Positions 20,886-21,633 of a stretch of DNA of 21,633 bases are shown here, piece by piece. A model generated the notes under the pieces. That model made no database searches. It saw only the letters and a program-made list of their open reading frames with translations, and had not been told where the DNA came from. The stretch is from Gemmatimonadota bacterium (GTDB lineage: Bacteria > Gemmatimonadota > Gemmatimonadetes > Gemmatimonadales > Gemmatimonadaceae): NCBI GenBank assembly GCA_031372565.1, contig JANMLN010000142.1, forward strand, positions 1 to 21,633, given 5' to 3'. The first letter of the stretch is position 1. Each line of letters starts with the position of its first letter. Both the position numbers and the translations under genes were made by a program.

Positions 20886-21633
20886 GTGAACATTCACGAG
20901 TACCAGGCGAAGGACATTCTCCGCCGCTACGGTGTGCCGATCCCGCCCGGTGAGGTCGCGACGACCGTCGCCGAGGCCGAAGCGATCGCCACGAAGCTGG
21001 GCGGTCCGGTGATGGTGAAGGCGCAGGTCCACGCCGGCGGCCGCGGCAAGGCAGGCGGCGTCAAGTTTTGCAAGGACGTCGCCACCGCCAAGGAGAAGGC
21101 GGCGGCCATCCTTGGCATGCAGATCAAGGGTCTCACGGTCGAGAAGGTGCTCGTCACGACCGCGGCCGACATCGGCACCGAGGCGTACGTCGGCATCATC
21201 GTGGACCGCAAGACCAAGAAGGCGGTGTTCATGGTGAGCGCCGCCGGCGGCATCGACATCGAGGAAGTCGCCGCCAGCACGCCGGAGAAGATCCTCTACC
21301 ACCCGGTGGACCCGCGCTACGGCCTGCAGGCGTTCGAAGCGCAGCAGATGGGCTTCTTCCTGTACGCGGATGCCAAGCAGGCGCGCGCGGCCGCGAAGAT
21401 CATGCAGCAGCTTTGGCAGGGCTTCCTCCAGAGCGGAGCCTCGCTCGCGGAGATCAATCCGCTCGTCACCACGCCTGACGGCTCGGTGATCGCGCTCGAT
21501 GCCAAGATGGTGATCGACGACAACGAGCTCGACCGCCTGCCCGAAATCGCCGCGCTCCGCGACGAGTCGAGCGAGGAACCGAGCGAGGTTGCCGCGCGCA
21601 AGGCGAACCTCACCTTCATCAAGCTCGACGGCA
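20886..21633 (+). CDS. sucC: Succinyl-CoA synthetase beta subunit (5' part, runs off the window)
   Basis: Missing from the ORF track. GTG start with SD CAGGAG (20875-20880); MNIHEYQAKDIL...VKAQVHAGGRGKAGGVK...GGIDIEEVA...EINPL...ALDAKM; no stop before the window end. Confidence 0.96.
   Translation, partial: MNIHEYQAKDILRRYGVPIPPGEVATTVAEAEAIATKLGGPVMVKAQVHAGGRGKAGGVKFCKDVATAKEKAAAILGMQIKGLTVEKVLVTTAADIGTEAYVGIIVDRKTKKAVFMVSAAGGIDIEEVAASTPEKILYHPVDPRYGLQAFEAQQMGFFLYADAKQARAAAKIMQQLWQGFLQSGASLAEINPLVTTPDGSVIALDAKMVIDDNELDRLPEIAALRDESSEEPSEVAARKANLTFIKLDG

Overview
GC-rich bacterial housekeeping region; gene order and protein styles suggest Gemmatimonadota, which is an inference only. On the minus strand is dcd (dCTP deaminase, 127-681). 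A ~350-bp divergent intergenic region follows, holding four head-to-tail copies of a 30-bp REP-like hairpin (716-858, not CRISPR) and a good sigma70 promoter. The plus strand then carries a long, tightly coupled gene run: a complete complex I operon nuoA-B-C-D-E-F-G-H-I-J-K-L-M1-M2-N, an AlgC-type phosphomannomutase/phosphoglucomutase, a divergent UPF0182 membrane protein and the 5' part of sucC. The most notable feature is the tandem nuoM duplication. The second copy is canonical. The first has a remodelled proton pathway: a 3-residue deletion before the TM8 lysine, two conserved histidines altered, and a NuoL-like KSA motif. NuoL shows no obvious lengthening of its lateral helix, unlike described '2M' complexes I. 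No mobile-element genes, CRISPR-Cas or RNA genes were recognised.
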